DNA of 64,000 bases from an uncultured delta proteobacterium (GTDB lineage: Bacteria > Myxococcota > Myxococcia > Myxococcales > Myxococcaceae): assembly GCA_963771175.1 (NCBI GenBank), contig CAVYSY010000032.1:480001-544000 (forward strand), written 5' to 3'. Shown one piece after another: positions 20,722-31,989 of the stretch. Below the pieces are notes generated by a model. The model did not search any database. It saw only the letters and a program-made list of their open reading frames with translations, and was not told where the DNA came from. Position numbers and translations under genes: made by a program. How positions within the stretch are numbered: the stretch's first letter is position 1; each line of letters begins with the position of its first letter.

Positions 20722-21159
20722 ATGCGTCTCCTCCTCGCGCTCGCGCTCGTGGCGCTCACCGGCTGCACCGTCATCAACACCACCTCCGTCCCGTCCGACC
20801 GCAGCGGCAGGGACGTCTTCGTGTCGGCGGGCGACATCCCCGAGCCCTATGAGACGCTCGGCGTGGTCCAGGCCACGCGCTCGGGCGTGCTGCTCTTCGG
20901 CTTCGTGGACGTGATTGGCACGGACCTCGACGCCGGCTTCAAGGACGTGCTCATCCCCCAGGTGCGGGAGATGGGCGGCGATGGCGCCATCAACGTCCGC
21001 TTCCGCCAGACGCAGTACCTGCCGGTGACGAAGGTGTTCGGCGCCATCTTCTTCTTCATCCCGCTGCCCAGCAGCGTGACGGTGACGGCCGAGGTGGTGA
21101 AGCTCCAACGCCGCGCGGACCTGCCCGCCGAGAGCTCGGCGCCCGTCGTCTCCCGCTGA
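20722..21159 (+). CDS. YbjQ/DUF74-like lipoprotein 3 (paralog of lipoprotein 1)
   Basis: Lipobox LTGC; GDIPEPYETLGVVQATRSGVLLFGF...VREMGGDGAINVRF. Confidence 0.75.
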   Translation: MRLLLALALVALTGCTVINTTSVPSDRSGRDVFVSAGDIPEPYETLGVVQATRSGVLLFGFVDVIGTDLDAGFKDVLIPQVREMGGDGAINVRFRQTQYLPVTKVFGAIFFFIPLPSSVTVTAEVVKLQRRADLPAESSAPVVSR

Positions 21160-21223
21160 AGGGAGCGCCCCTGGCGGCGCACGCCAGGCGTGCAGCGGAG
21201 CAGGCGCCGCGCTCCTCGGTCGC

Positions 21224-22726
21224 ATGAGCGGGAGCGCGGCCGGCCTCGGCCGCGCCTACGTTTGCTTCGTGCACCTCGAAGAAGTCCACATCCAGCCGGT
21301 ATCGATGGACCGCTTCGATCCGCTCATTGGCCCGGAGCGGGCGGCGGAGCTGCATGCCGCGGTGGAGCTGGCCCGGCGGGTGCTCCACGGGCGCGTCGTC
21401 TTCAACGTGAACTCGACCGCCGTGGGCGGGGGGGTGGCGGAGATGCTGCAACCCCTCCTCTCCTACACACGCGGCGAGGGCATCGATACCCGTTGGCTCG
21501 TCATCCAGGGCAACGAGGACTTCTTCCGCATCACCAAGCGCCTGCACAACCGCTTCCACGGGGCGCCCGGGGACGGCGGGCCGCTCGGTGAGGCCGAGCG
21601 GGCCACCTACGAAACCGTCCTGAAGGAGAACGCGCTGGAGCTCTCGGCGCTCATCGCGCCCCGGGACATCGTGCTGCTGCACGATCCGCAGACCGCCGGG
21701 TTGATTCCCCTGTTGCGGCGCTTGGGGGTACTCGTGGTGTGGCGGAGCCACGTCGGGACCGAGCAGTGGAACGACTCCGTGCGCTCCGCCTGGAGCTTCC
21801 TCCGGCCGTACGTGGAACAGGCGTCGGCCGTCATCCTCACCCGCGCCGAGTACGCGCCGGACTGGCTGCGACACCCCGTCATCATCCCGCCCTCCATCGA
21901 TCCGTTCTCGGTGAAGAACGAACCGATGGCCGAGGAGACGGTCCGCGCCATCCTCTGCCGCGTGGGCATCCTGAGCGGGAATCCGGAGACGCCCGCCATC
22001 TACATCCACCGGGACGGAACACCCGGTCGCATCGACCACTACGCGGACCTGCTGCGCGCCGGACCACCGCCTTTGCCCGAAGTCCCACTGGTCGTGCAGG
22101 TGTCCCGGTGGGACCGGCTCAAGGACATGATTGGCGTCATGCACGGCTTCGCGCGCCGCGCTGGCACGCTCCTGGGCGCACACCTCGCGCTCGTGGGCCC
22201 GAACGTGAGCAGCGTCTCCGATGACCCCGAGGGCGCCTTGGTGCTCGGCGAGTGCACCGCGGCCTGGCGTGCGCTGCCACATGCCGTCCGGCGGCGCATC
22301 CAGCTCGTCTGTCTGCCGATGGTCGACCGGGACGAGAACGCGGCGATCGTCAACGCGCTCCAGCGGCACGCGACCGTCGTCGTGCAGAAGAGCCTCGCCG
22401 AGGGGTTCGGACTCACCATCGCGGAGGCCATGTGGAAGGCCCGCCCCGTCATCGGGAGCGCGGTCGGGGGCATCGTGGAGCAGATCGTGGATGGCGAGAG
22501 CGGGCTGCTGCTCGACCCGCCCACGGATCTGGACGCCTTCGGCGCGGCACTGGCGCGGTTGGTCTCGGACCGCTCCTTCGCCGAGCGGCTGGGGCAGAAC
22601 GCCCGTCAGCGGGTAATCGAGCACTTCATCGTGATCCGGCACCTCATCCAGTACGCGCGACTCTTCGACAGTCTGGAGCACGCGCAGCAGGCGCCGGAGA
22701 CCGCCGCGGGTAGCCCACCCTCGTGA
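21224..22726 (+). CDS. GT4 glycosyltransferase, TreT-like trehalose synthase
   Basis: NVNSTAVGGGVAEML, FFRITKRLHN, HDPQTAG, QVSRWDRLKD, QKSLAEGFGLTIAEAMWK. Confidence 0.88.
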   Translation: MSGSAAGLGRAYVCFVHLEEVHIQPVSMDRFDPLIGPERAAELHAAVELARRVLHGRVVFNVNSTAVGGGVAEMLQPLLSYTRGEGIDTRWLVIQGNEDFFRITKRLHNRFHGAPGDGGPLGEAERATYETVLKENALELSALIAPRDIVLLHDPQTAGLIPLLRRLGVLVVWRSHVGTEQWNDSVRSAWSFLRPYVEQASAVILTRAEYAPDWLRHPVIIPPSIDPFSVKNEPMAEETVRAILCRVGILSGNPETPAIYIHRDGTPGRIDHYADLLRAGPPPLPEVPLVVQVSRWDRLKDMIGVMHGFARRAGTLLGAHLALVGPNVSSVSDDPEGALVLGECTAAWRALPHAVRRRIQLVCLPMVDRDENAAIVNALQRHATVVVQKSLAEGFGLTIAEAMWKARPVIGSAVGGIVEQIVDGESGLLLDPPTDLDAFGAALARLVSDRSFAERLGQNARQRVIEHFIVIRHLIQYARLFDSLEHAQQAPETAAGSPPS

Positions 22727-22749
22727 GCAGAGACGGCCCCGCGCCGCTG

Positions 22750-23556
22750 CTAATGCCGCCCCAATTCCCTGTCCCAGGCAGCCAACTGCACGGCCACCGT
22801 GTATTTCTCGGCGCTGGAGAGGTCGTCGAAGTCCTTCGGGGGAAGCGCGGAAAGGCGCTCGCGCAGGAAGTCCGGGTCGCTGAGCACCTCATGGTGCTTC
22901 AAGTCGTTGTCCCCCTCCACCAGGACAGGCATCAACCGGAGCACGGCCTCCTCGCACTCCTCGCGGGTGGCGCGAGCCATGCGCTCCACCGCCAGGGCCA
23001 TATGCTCGCGGACCAAGGCCGGGCCTCCGGGGCACCAGGCATCCAGGGTCTTGCGGTAGATGTCCGCTATGAGCTCGTCCAGCGTGTACTTCTGATCGAA
23101 CGACCAGAACGCATAGCGAGGGCCCTGGAGCACGTCCCAGAAGCGGAGCAGCGAGGCGAGCCGGTTCGCCATGCGTTCCGCGCTCCGCGGGGGGAGCGGA
23201 GACACGGTATAGTAGAGGGCCCCCCACGGGGTGCTCAGGCAGAAGGACTCAAAGGCCGCTTCAGTGCGTTGACGCTCCTCCTCCGGGACGCCTTCATTCA
23301 AGCCCATGAAGACGCTGGTGAACTTGTACATCCGCCAGCGCGGGCGGGGGGTTGGGTCGAAGTCGGCCCCCGAGTGCATCAACAGGACCTCGCCGGGCGG
23401 CACCTGGCGCATCTGCCGGGGCTGGGGAAAGGCACCGGTCTTGAGGTACTCCCGGGCCCACCAGCGGCCCTCGGCTATCAACTTGCGGAGGATGGCGGCG
23501 TTGGTGCTGTAGAGCATCGCTGGAAACTCGAGCACCGGGGAGTGTTCCGTGTTCAT
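22750..23556 (-). CDS. Hypothetical protein, candidate immunity protein for the upstream nuclease-like gene
   Basis: ORF of ~268 aa from MNTEHSP, co-oriented directly downstream of 23644..24354; role inferred from position. Confidence 0.6.
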   Translation of the reverse strand: MNTEHSPVLEFPAMLYSTNAAILRKLIAEGRWWAREYLKTGAFPQPRQMRQVPPGEVLLMHSGADFDPTPRPRWRMYKFTSVFMGLNEGVPEEERQRTEAAFESFCLSTPWGALYYTVSPLPPRSAERMANRLASLLRFWDVLQGPRYAFWSFDQKYTLDELIADIYRKTLDAWCPGGPALVREHMALAVERMARATREECEEAVLRLMPVLVEGDNDLKHHEVLSDPDFLRERLSALPPKDFDDLSSAEKYTVAVQLAAWDRELGRH

Positions 23557-23643
23557 GGCTTTTCGCCCTACCACAGAGGTCAGATGCTCCTCAAGCGACA
23601 GGCACTTCGCTCACTCCGAGGGCGGCGGATGCCTCCTGCCCGC

Positions 23644-24354
23644 TCAGCGGCAGTCCACAGGCAGGTAGACTTGGCCCTGGAAGCCCTTGGGGCTTTCGCC
23701 CCCTTCATAGGCAGCCCGGATCGCCTGCGCGGCCAACTCACCGCGCTGCTCTATTTCTTCCCCGGGCAACTTCTCTTCCTTCTGGGCCGCCCGCTCCTTC
23801 CAGGAAGCATGGGGCTGCTTGCGCCGGTAGCTCCAGCGATACAGTGTCACTCCGGGCTCTGGCGTGCGCCAGGACAACTGCCAGAGTGCTCCCCCGTTCT
23901 CGAATTCGAGGAAGAGCGACCCCTCGAAGCCGGTGCCTCCCATGAGCTTATTGTCAGGCTCGACGGCCTCATTCAGTGCCGCCAGGTAGCGCCCCGCCTG
24001 TTCTCTCCCTTCCACGCGCGACTGCTCATTGTCCGGCTTGAGCTCGAACAGCACGAAGAGACGGGTATCGGTGATGTCCGGGCGCAAGCGCCTCACGAAC
24101 TCTGAAAGACGCTCGGGGTCCCCCAACTTCCCCTCCTTTACAATGTCGTAGAGGTTGACGGTGTCGAGGAAGACGCGGTTGGTGGGATGCTGCACGCTGT
24201 ACGCTCTGCCAATGGCGTAATGTGCGGCCTTGCCAAGAAAAGCGCCCCAGGGCTCCCTGGAGTCCGGCTGACGGCCAGGGAGCTTGTAGGAGGGCGGCTC
24301 CGCCTGGGCGCCGAGGGCCGCCACGAGCACCAGGAGAAAACCCGCCAGCCCCAA
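23644..24354 (-). CDS. Secreted protein with PD-(D/E)xK nuclease-like motif, candidate toxin
   Basis: Signal peptide LAGFLLVLVAALGAQA; AAHYAIG...LRPDITD...LFELKP; TTG start with AGGAG upstream. Confidence 0.6.
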   Translation of the reverse strand: MGLAGFLLVLVAALGAQAEPPSYKLPGRQPDSREPWGAFLGKAAHYAIGRAYSVQHPTNRVFLDTVNLYDIVKEGKLGDPERLSEFVRRLRPDITDTRLFVLFELKPDNEQSRVEGREQAGRYLAALNEAVEPDNKLMGGTGFEGSLFLEFENGGALWQLSWRTPEPGVTLYRWSYRRKQPHASWKERAAQKEEKLPGEEIEQRGELAAQAIRAAYEGGESPKGFQGQVYLPVDCR

Positions 24355-24466
24355 GGTGCTCCTGCTTCATGTCCAACAGGCTCCTCCCGGTGCGGTGTAA
24401 GGATGGGGAGGGAACCATGAGGGGCTGACATGCCGATGACGACCGTGGGCCTTGTCGAGGGACGGG

Positions 24467-26753
24467 CTACACGTAGCCGAAGCGGCGGCGCAGGAACCAC
24501 TCGGCGCCCAGCAGGCCCACCAGCGCCATCAGGTAGTACCACCGGTCCCACAGCGGCTTGTCCTTCGCCCGGCCCACCTCCACCACCGGCGGGTCCAGCA
24601 GCGGCACGTCATCCGGCAGCCCGTCCATCGGCAGCCGGTACGACTTGCCCCCGGTGTACTTCGCGATCTGCTCCATGAGCGCCGGCCGCACCGAGGCGTC
24701 CGACAGCTCCGGGCCCACCGCTCGCACCGCCACCGCGTCCTCGCCCTTGCCCAGGTCCGTCTCGCCCTTCTTCGCCGTGGCCACCAGCTTGTACGGGCCC
24801 GGTGCCGGCGGAGCGAACTCCAGCCGCACCACGCCATCCGGCCCCGTCTGCCCCACCTGCACCGCCACCGGCTTCTGCGTGTCCACCGACACCAGTTCCA
24901 CCCGCACCTGCGCGTCCTGCGCCGGCTGGTAGTCCGACGTCCTCGACGACACCACCACGCCCACCGGCTTGCCCGGCTCCACCGACGGCGGATCCGCCGT
25001 CACGTTCAGCGTCGTCAGGTCAGGGTCTCTCACGAGCCAGCGCAGCGCGTTGCCCCAGAACCGGTCATAGGTGCGGCTGGGCGAGCCCTGCTTGTGCGAC
25101 GTGAAGGCCCAGTACCAGCTCGCGTCCGTCGCCATCACCAGCGCCCGGCCCCGGCCGTAGTCCCACACCGCCACCAGCGGCGCGTTCTTCCCGTCCACCG
25201 TCATGTGCGGGTGGTCCATCAGCACCGTCGCCCCCGGCTTCGCCCGCGTCTGGTTCGCGCCCGGAATCGCCGGCAGCTCCGCCCACGCAACCTCCGTGCT
25301 CGCTCCTCCCGAGGCCATCGCCGTCACCGGGTGACGCATCCCCTCGGGCGTCAGGCGCGCCTTGAAGGGCTCGGCGTTGGCCGGGCCCGCGCCCTCCACT
25401 GGCAGCGCCTCGTACAGCGTGGGCATGCTCGCGCGGCCCTCGCCCAGCACCGCGTCCCCGCCAATCAGCACCAACGCTCCGCCGTTGTGGACGTAGCGCT
25501 CCAGGTTGCGCTCGTACTGGGCAATCGACAGCGACTGATCCGCGTAGCCGAAGTTCTGGAAGATGACGACGTCGAAGGTGTCCAGCTTCGTGTCGAAGAT
25601 CTCCTCCATCGGGAACGGAATGAGCGACAGCTCGCGCTCCTGGCTCACCACGCCCGGGTCATCCGACATGGTCCGCAGGATGTAGAAGGACACCAGGTCC
25701 ACGTTGGCGTCCTGGCGCAGCAGGCCGCGCAGGAAGCGCTCGTCCCACGAGGGCCGGCCCACCACCAGCAGCACGCGCACGCGGTCGCGAATCACCTTCA
25801 GCACGAAGGAGCGGGTGTTGTTGTCCCCCACCGCCTCGTCCGGGAAGACGGGCATGCTCACCGTGTAGACGAAGCGCCCCGTCTGGTCCGGCGTGAAGGT
25901 GAAGCCCACCGGCTTCACGTCGTCCGAGGACTCGAAGCGCACCGACTTGCTCGCCACCACCTTGCCTTCCTGCTTCAGCACCACCGGCACGTCCTGGCCC
26001 GAGAAGCCCCGGCCGTGCACCTCCACCTCCACGGTGATGGAGTTGCGCACGAAGGCGAAGTCGTCCACCTTCACCCGCTCGACGGCCAGGTCCTTCAGCG
26101 CCTCCTTGCCCACGAGGAAGGTGGACACCGGCACGTCCAGGTCCGCCAGCGCCGCGCGCGCCCGGCCCACCGCCCCGCCCGCCAGCTCCACGTTGTCCGC
26201 GCCGTCACTCACCAGCAGGATGCCGCCCAGCTTCTTCGTGCCCTGCGCCCCCGCTCCCGCCGAGCGCAGCGCCGACAGCAGGTCCGACGTGCCCGCCCGC
26301 GCCGGCTCCTTCGCCAGCGCCTCGGCCGTGGTGGGCGACAGCTCCGGGTCGAAGCCGTACACCTCCACGGTGTAGCGGTCCTGCAGCGCCGCCAGCCCCG
26401 GCGCGGCCTTCTCCAGGAAGGAGGCCACCTGCGCCGAGCGCGTCATGCCCCCCGGCTCCACCGGGAAGTTCATCGAGGCCGAGCGGTCCACCAGCACCGC
26501 CACCCGGTTCTTCATCCGCGCCACCTGGAGGTTGCGGATGCCGGGCTCGAGCAGGAAGAAGAGCGCCGCCACGCCCGCGCCCGCGCGCAGCGCCCACAGC
26601 GCCCAGCGCCGCCAGCGCGAGGGCTCGCGCCGCACGCCCCACGCGGCCAGTCCCACGCCGAGCGCCAGCGCCCACGCCCAGCAGCACCAGCGCCCAGACG
26701 GGCAGCGGCGAGAGGCTGACGAGCTTCCAGGCATTGAAGGGAGTGGTGTCCAT
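24467..26753 (-). CDS. Membrane-anchored vWA + glutamine-amidotransferase-like (DUF1355-like) protein; indel near 26670
   Basis: N-terminal transmembrane segments, VAVLVDRSASM (MIDAS), LLVSDGADN, GRPSWDERFLR, C-terminal EWFLRRRFG. Confidence 0.8.
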
Positions 26754-26774
26754 GAAGGGGGCGAGGGCCTCGGG

Positions 26775-27534
26775 TCAGCGACGCTTGTTGAGGATGAGGG
26801 GCAGGTGGACGGCGTCGTCCTTGTAGTCCAGGCAGAGGGCGTACATGCACAGGTTGATGCCCAGCCGGATGGCCAGCTCGCGCTGGGGCTCGCCGCCCGG
26901 GGAGACGTCGAACTCGTAGTCGCCCGCCTCGCTCGCGGCTCCACGCGCCCGCCACGTCGTTCTGCGAGTACATCACCGCCGCGCGCTTGCCGAGGTTGGC
27001 CGCCAGCAACTGTGGCTTGTTGAGCAACCGGCCCGGCGCCGAGTCCAGCAGGAAGAAGCTCTTGAAGACGACGTGGGTGGAGGGCACCGGGGCGAGCGGG
27101 CTCTGCGGCAGCACGCGCGCCATCTCGCGGCGGAAGCTGGCGTCGAAGCCGTCCCCGTCGCTGCCGTCGTTGGCGTCCGCCAGGAGGAAGCCGCCGAAGG
27201 TGAGGTAGCGCCGGAGGTTCTCCACCTCCGCGTCGCTGAAGGGCGGAAAGCCCCCGTCCCCGCCCAGGTAGAGGAAGGGGTACTCGAAGAGGTCCGGGCT
27301 GGAGAGCGCGAAGGGGCGCGCGTCCGGCACCACCTCCACCGAGGTGCGCCGCTGCAGCTCCCACGCAATCCGTCGGAGGCCGGACAGCCGGGCGTCCCAG
27401 CGGCCGCCGTGCCGGGCCACGGCGGGGATGAAGCGGCTCTTCTCTCCGAAGGCGGACGCACGTCCAGCCAGCAGCGGGACGAGCGCCGCGCTGCCGAGCA
27501 AGAGGTGTCGACGGCTGAGGGGGCGCGGGGGCAT
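26775..27534 (-). CDS. DUF4159-family protein with Tat-like signal; indel near 26935
   Basis: SRRHLL twin-arginine motif; LFEYPFLYLGG, ENLRRYLTFGGFLLAD, C-terminal MYALCLDYKDDAVH. Confidence 0.8.
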
Positions 27535-27589
27535 GGGGTTTCTATATACCGTCGACGCGCCCTTGCATTCCCCGCTATAGAGGTCCCCC

Positions 27590-27851
27590 ATGGCGAAAGG
27601 CGGACAGACGCCGAGAGATCCTGCTTCCCCCCGGATGCAGGCGGCGTGGAAGCTCAAGGAATCGGGGGACGTGGTCGCGGCGCGCCGCGAGGCCGAGCGC
27701 ATCCTGGCGGACACTCCCAGCCCGGACGACAAGGCCCAGGCCGAGGAGCTGCTGCGCCGCAGCCATCACGCCCCCCGTCCTCTACGGCTTCGCGGCCCTG
27801 GCCGCCTTCATCCTCGTGCTGCTCGTGGTGCTCGCCACCACGCGCTACTAG
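27590..27851 (+). CDS. Small membrane protein; indel near 27762
   Basis: MAKGGQTP... helical region, then a transmembrane segment YGFAALAAFILVLLVVLATTRY* in a shifted frame. Confidence 0.55.
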
Positions 27852-27860
27852 GGGCTCGTC

Positions 27861-28585
27861 GTGGACACGTACCTCCAGGCCCTCAAGGCCTACCAGACCT
27901 TCAATCCCTCCGGCTGGGTGGCCATCTACCGGCTGCTCCCCATGTGGGCCGGCATCGTGTGCGTGCGTGGTGGGGCTCGCCCTGCTGCTCTTCGGCGGCG
28001 AGGTCGCCTCTTCCGAGTGATCGCCGGCCCCATGGGCGCGCTCATCGGCCTGGGCTGGACGGGCGTGCTGACGGCGAAGCTCGGCCTCACCGCTGGACCC
28101 GCGCCTGCCCACGGCCGCCGCCGCGGTGCTCGCGGTGCTGGGCTTCGTCTTCCCCCCGGCCATCGTCTACGTCGGCGTGGGCATCCCCATGGGGCTGCTC
28201 GGCGGGGAGATCGCCGGGCCTAGCGACTTCCTGTTCGGCTTCGCGCCGGGCCTCATCCTCGGCGGGCCTGGTGGCGGTGTTGCTGCACCGGCAGGTGTCC
28301 GCCATCCTCGCCTCCGTGCTGGGCGCGTGGCTGCTCGTCATCGGCGCGCTGGCGGCCCTGCACCCGTTCGGCGGCATCGTCACCGCCATGGCCAGCCAGC
28401 CCTGGGGACGTCATCATCGCCGCGGGCCTCTTCGCCATCGCCGGGCAGCGTCTACCAGATCGCCGTCCGGCCCTCGCCCGAGGAGGCCGGAGCGCCAGCA
28501 GGCCGAGCGCGAGCGGTTGAAGCTGCGCGAAGGCCGAGCAGCGGCCGCTGGAGAAGCGCTGGGGCGCCGAGTGGGCGCGGGATAG
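27861..28585 (+). CDS. Polytopic membrane protein (DUF4203-like); several indels; end approximate
   Basis: Consecutive hydrophobic helices across frames (GLALLLFGG, GALIGLGW, ASVLGAWLLVIG). Confidence 0.55.
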
Positions 28586-28674
28586 ACCAGCGCAGAGAGT
28601 CATCCTTTACCTCCACCGGGGCCGGCGCATACATTCCGCGCCCCCTTCCACCCCCCCCGGGACGAGCGACACCG

Positions 28675-29503
28675 ATGGGCCAGGCCAGACGCAAGGAGAA
28701 GAACCTCGAGGTGACAGGAGCCCCAGCGCTCCGAGGCGCGAAGGCGCTCCCTCGGAGGCCCCGACTCCCGAGCCCTGGAAGAAGCCCGCGGGGACTCTCC
28801 GCCGGGGCTGGGCGGTGCTCGCCGCCGTCATCCTCTTCATCCAGTTCCCCCTCATCCACTACGCCCTGCTCCGGGGCGAGGCGCGACACCACCGCCACCG
28901 TGCCCTACAGCCAGGACTTCGCGGACCCGGGCGTGGTGCAGCGCGACTTCTTCTCCACCGGCGGCCACTGGCGCGTGGTGGACGGGCAGCTCCTCTCGCC
29001 CGGCGTGAAGAACAACCCGCTGTGGCTCCAGGCGAAGCTGCCTCGCGACGTGGCCGTCGAGTTCGACGTGCGCTCCGAGTCCCCCGAGGGCGACATCAAG
29101 GTGGAGCTCTTCGGCGACGGCACGGACCACGCCTCCGGGTACGTCTTCATCCACGGCGGGTGGAACAACTCGCTGTCCATCATCGCGCGGCTGGACGAGC
29201 ACGGGGCCTCGCTGGAGTCGCTCCAGCGGCGGGCGGGCGGCAAGGGTCTGGTGGAGACGGGCGTCTTCCGCCAGGACACGCACATGCGCGTGGAGGCCCG
29301 AGCCCTACCCGGTGGAGATCGGTCGCACCTATCACTGGCGTATCGAGCGCCGGGGCTCGCTGATACGCTGGTTCATTGATGGCAAGCCGTTCATGCAGTT
29401 CGATGACCCCCTCCCGCTCGAGGGAAAGGGTCATGATCGCTTCGGGTTCTCCAGTTGGGAGGCCCAGCTCTTCTTCGACAACCTGAAGATCGAGCCGCTG
29501 TGA
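28675..29503 (+). CDS. Membrane-anchored protein with ConA/lectin-like beta-sandwich; several indels
   Basis: Transmembrane segment VLAAVILFIQFPLIHYALL; LPRDVAVEFDVRS, SGYVFIHGGWNNS, FGFSSWEAQLFFDNLKI. Confidence 0.6.
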
Positions 29504-29548
29504 GCCGGGTAACGGCCAGCGGCGATATTCAGGACCAGGGGTAACAAC

Positions 29549-31139
29549 GTGCGCAGAGTCGGAATCTTCGGCTGGGGCGTCGTCGCGCCCCGCTCGCGGA
29601 ACATCGAGCCTTCGAGCGCAACCTCGCGTCAGCGAGAGCTGGCTGACTCCCTTCGAGCGGCTTCGGTCCCGACAACTTCCTCGTCGGCAAGCCGGACTTC
29701 GACTTCGCCGAGTACAAGCCCTGGATCGACGAGCGCTTCCCCGCCAACCGCTTCCCCCAGCTCGAGAAGAAGATGGGCATGCCGACGAAGTACGCGATCG
29801 GCGCCTTCATCCAGGCGCTGCGGCCAGAACCCGGGCCTGGAGCAGGAGCTGCAGGCGCTGGGGCACCCGCGCCCACGTCTACGTCGGCACCGGCCTGGGC
29901 GACCTGCCGCACCATCCACGACAGTCGCCGCTGGACCTGCACCGCGCCCAGCGGCGGTGGGACCGCTTCTGGGCCGCGCCCGAGCGCAACAGCGCCCTCG
30001 CGCCGCTGGCCGGCAGACGCGCGAGCCGCTGCCGGAGCCTGCCGCCCGAGCCCTCCGACGCGTGGACGAGGCCGACCGCGACGAGGCCGAGGAGCGCCTG
30101 GTGGCACTTCTGGGCCGGCCGCTCCCCGAGCTGCGCGAGTACCTCGCCGAGCTGCAGGAGATCGAGGCCTCGGCGTCGAGGGCGACGTGGAGACCGCCAA
30201 GCTCGGCCGTGATCAAGGAGAAGCGGACGCGCAACCAGCGCCTGCAGAAGAAGTGGGGCGCCCCGGAGCCGCCCTGGAACGAGGTGTCCGTCCGAACCTG
30301 CTCTGGAACATCCACAACACCGCCGGCCTCGCAGATCTCGATGCTGGGCCGCATCACGCGGCATGACGTTCGCGCCGGTGGCGGCCTGCTCCACGTTCGG
30401 CTACGGGCTGAAGCTGGCGATCGACGCCATCCGCCGGGGCGAGGCGAAGGCGGTGGTGCTGGGCGCATCACCGATCCGCCGCCGCACGCCGCTCACGGTG
30501 GGCGGCTTCTACAACGCGCGCGTGGTGACCGCGCGGACGGCGCGGTGTCCAAGCCGCTCACCGGCCTGCGCGGCACGCACGTCGCCGGCGGCTCGGTGGT
30601 GTGGATCGTCGGCGACCTCGAGTACTTCACCGCCAAGGGCTTCCAGCCGCTGGGCATGGAGCCGCTCGCCGTGGGCGTCACCTCGGACGCCGACCACATC
30701 ATCACGCCCTCGAAGGAGGGCCCGATCACCGTGGCGATCCGCGAGGCCCTCGGCCGCGGGCGCGGCGCCCGCCCGAGGACGTGGGGAGCTGGGACCTGCA
30801 CGCCACCGCCACCCCGGGCGACTACCTGGAGGTGGAGACGCTGCGCGCGCGTGCTGCCGGAGACGGTGCTGGTCACCGCGCGCAAGGGCACCTTCGGCCA
30901 CGGCATGGGCGCCGGCGGCGGCTGGGAGCTGACGGCGCAGTACCTCGGCTACGCCCGGGGCAAGGTGTTCCCCACCCCGCTCACCGAGGCCGAGCTCAAC
31001 CCGGAGATCGGCCGCGTCCACGAGCCGCTTCGTCTTCGACCAGGGCTGCGCCGCGCCCGCAGGGCTCGCCGGCAAGCTCTCCATGGGCGTGGGCGGCATC
31101 AACGCCTGCGTCATCTCGCGCCCCTGGGGCGCGAAGTAG
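29549..31139 (+). CDS. Stand-alone beta-ketoacyl synthase (KAS II/FabF-like); heavily frameshifted
   Basis: RRVGIFGWGVVAP start; catalytic Cys in PVAACSTFG, His in WDLHATATPGD, His in KGTFGHGMGAGG; C-terminal SMGVGGINAC. Confidence 0.8.
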
Positions 31140-31254
31140 GACCCCGACCGCCGCGCCTCCTCCGGGCAGGCGCTGGCGGAATCCCCGCAGCCGCCGCAGC
31201 AAGGAGCCGGGCCTCACCACGCCGGGCTCCTGAAGAGCGGGTCTACCCCGGCGC

Positions 31255-31989
31255 CTAATCGATGTGCACGGTGTCGCCGACGATGCGCACCCTGTCGAGG
31301 GTGATGCCCATCATCTGCCCCAACAGGTCCTTCGCCAGCTCGCGGGCCGTCTTCATCTGCTCCGGACGCCCCTTGTCACGCCCCTCGTTGTAGAGGCCGA
31401 GGATGAGGGTGCCCGAGAGCACCACCGACTCGTACATCTCCTGCTTCTCCCGGTCGGACATGCGCCGCTCCTTGAGACCCATGGCGATGGCGGCGTTGAC
31501 CTGCTCCAGCATGCTCTCCTGCTGCGCCTCGGACAGCTCCTGGCCGTTCTTGAGGGCGTAGTAGGAGGTGATGAAGAGGAAGTTGAAGGCACCGGCGAGG
31601 TTGTTCTTCAGCCGCTGCTCATCGTTGTCCTCGAGGAGCTGGTCGTACCCCTTGAGCAGCTCCAGGAGGGCGCCCTCCAGCTCCTGACGATGCTCCACGT
31701 CGAGGTCCTGGATGCTGGCCGCCACCCGCTTGTGGATGACGGGAGCGCTCACGGAGCGGAACGACGACACCGAGAGCGGCAGCTTCTCCGGTGCGACCGT
31801 GGCGTCCGACTGCTGCCCACCGGCCGCCCCCCGCCACTGCTTCTGGAAGGCCTGTTTGAGGTTGCCGTTGACGAAGGAGCCGCTGTTGTACTGCCTGTAT
31901 GGGCTGGACTGCGCGCCCGCATCCCCGGCCGAAACGAGCAGGACGCATCCCGCTGCGATGGCCAGGACCATCCTGGAAACTTTGTTCAT
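31255..31989 (-). CDS. Secreted alpha-helical hypothetical protein (possibly DUF6683-like)
   Basis: Signal peptide ending AGA|Q; intact ORF; family assignment from memory only. Confidence 0.65.
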   Translation of the reverse strand: MNKVSRMVLAIAAGCVLLVSAGDAGAQSSPYRQYNSGSFVNGNLKQAFQKQWRGAAGGQQSDATVAPEKLPLSVSSFRSVSAPVIHKRVAASIQDLDVEHRQELEGALLELLKGYDQLLEDNDEQRLKNNLAGAFNFLFITSYYALKNGQELSEAQQESMLEQVNAAIAMGLKERRMSDREKQEMYESVVLSGTLILGLYNEGRDKGRPEQMKTARELAKDLLGQMMGITLDRVRIVGDTVHID

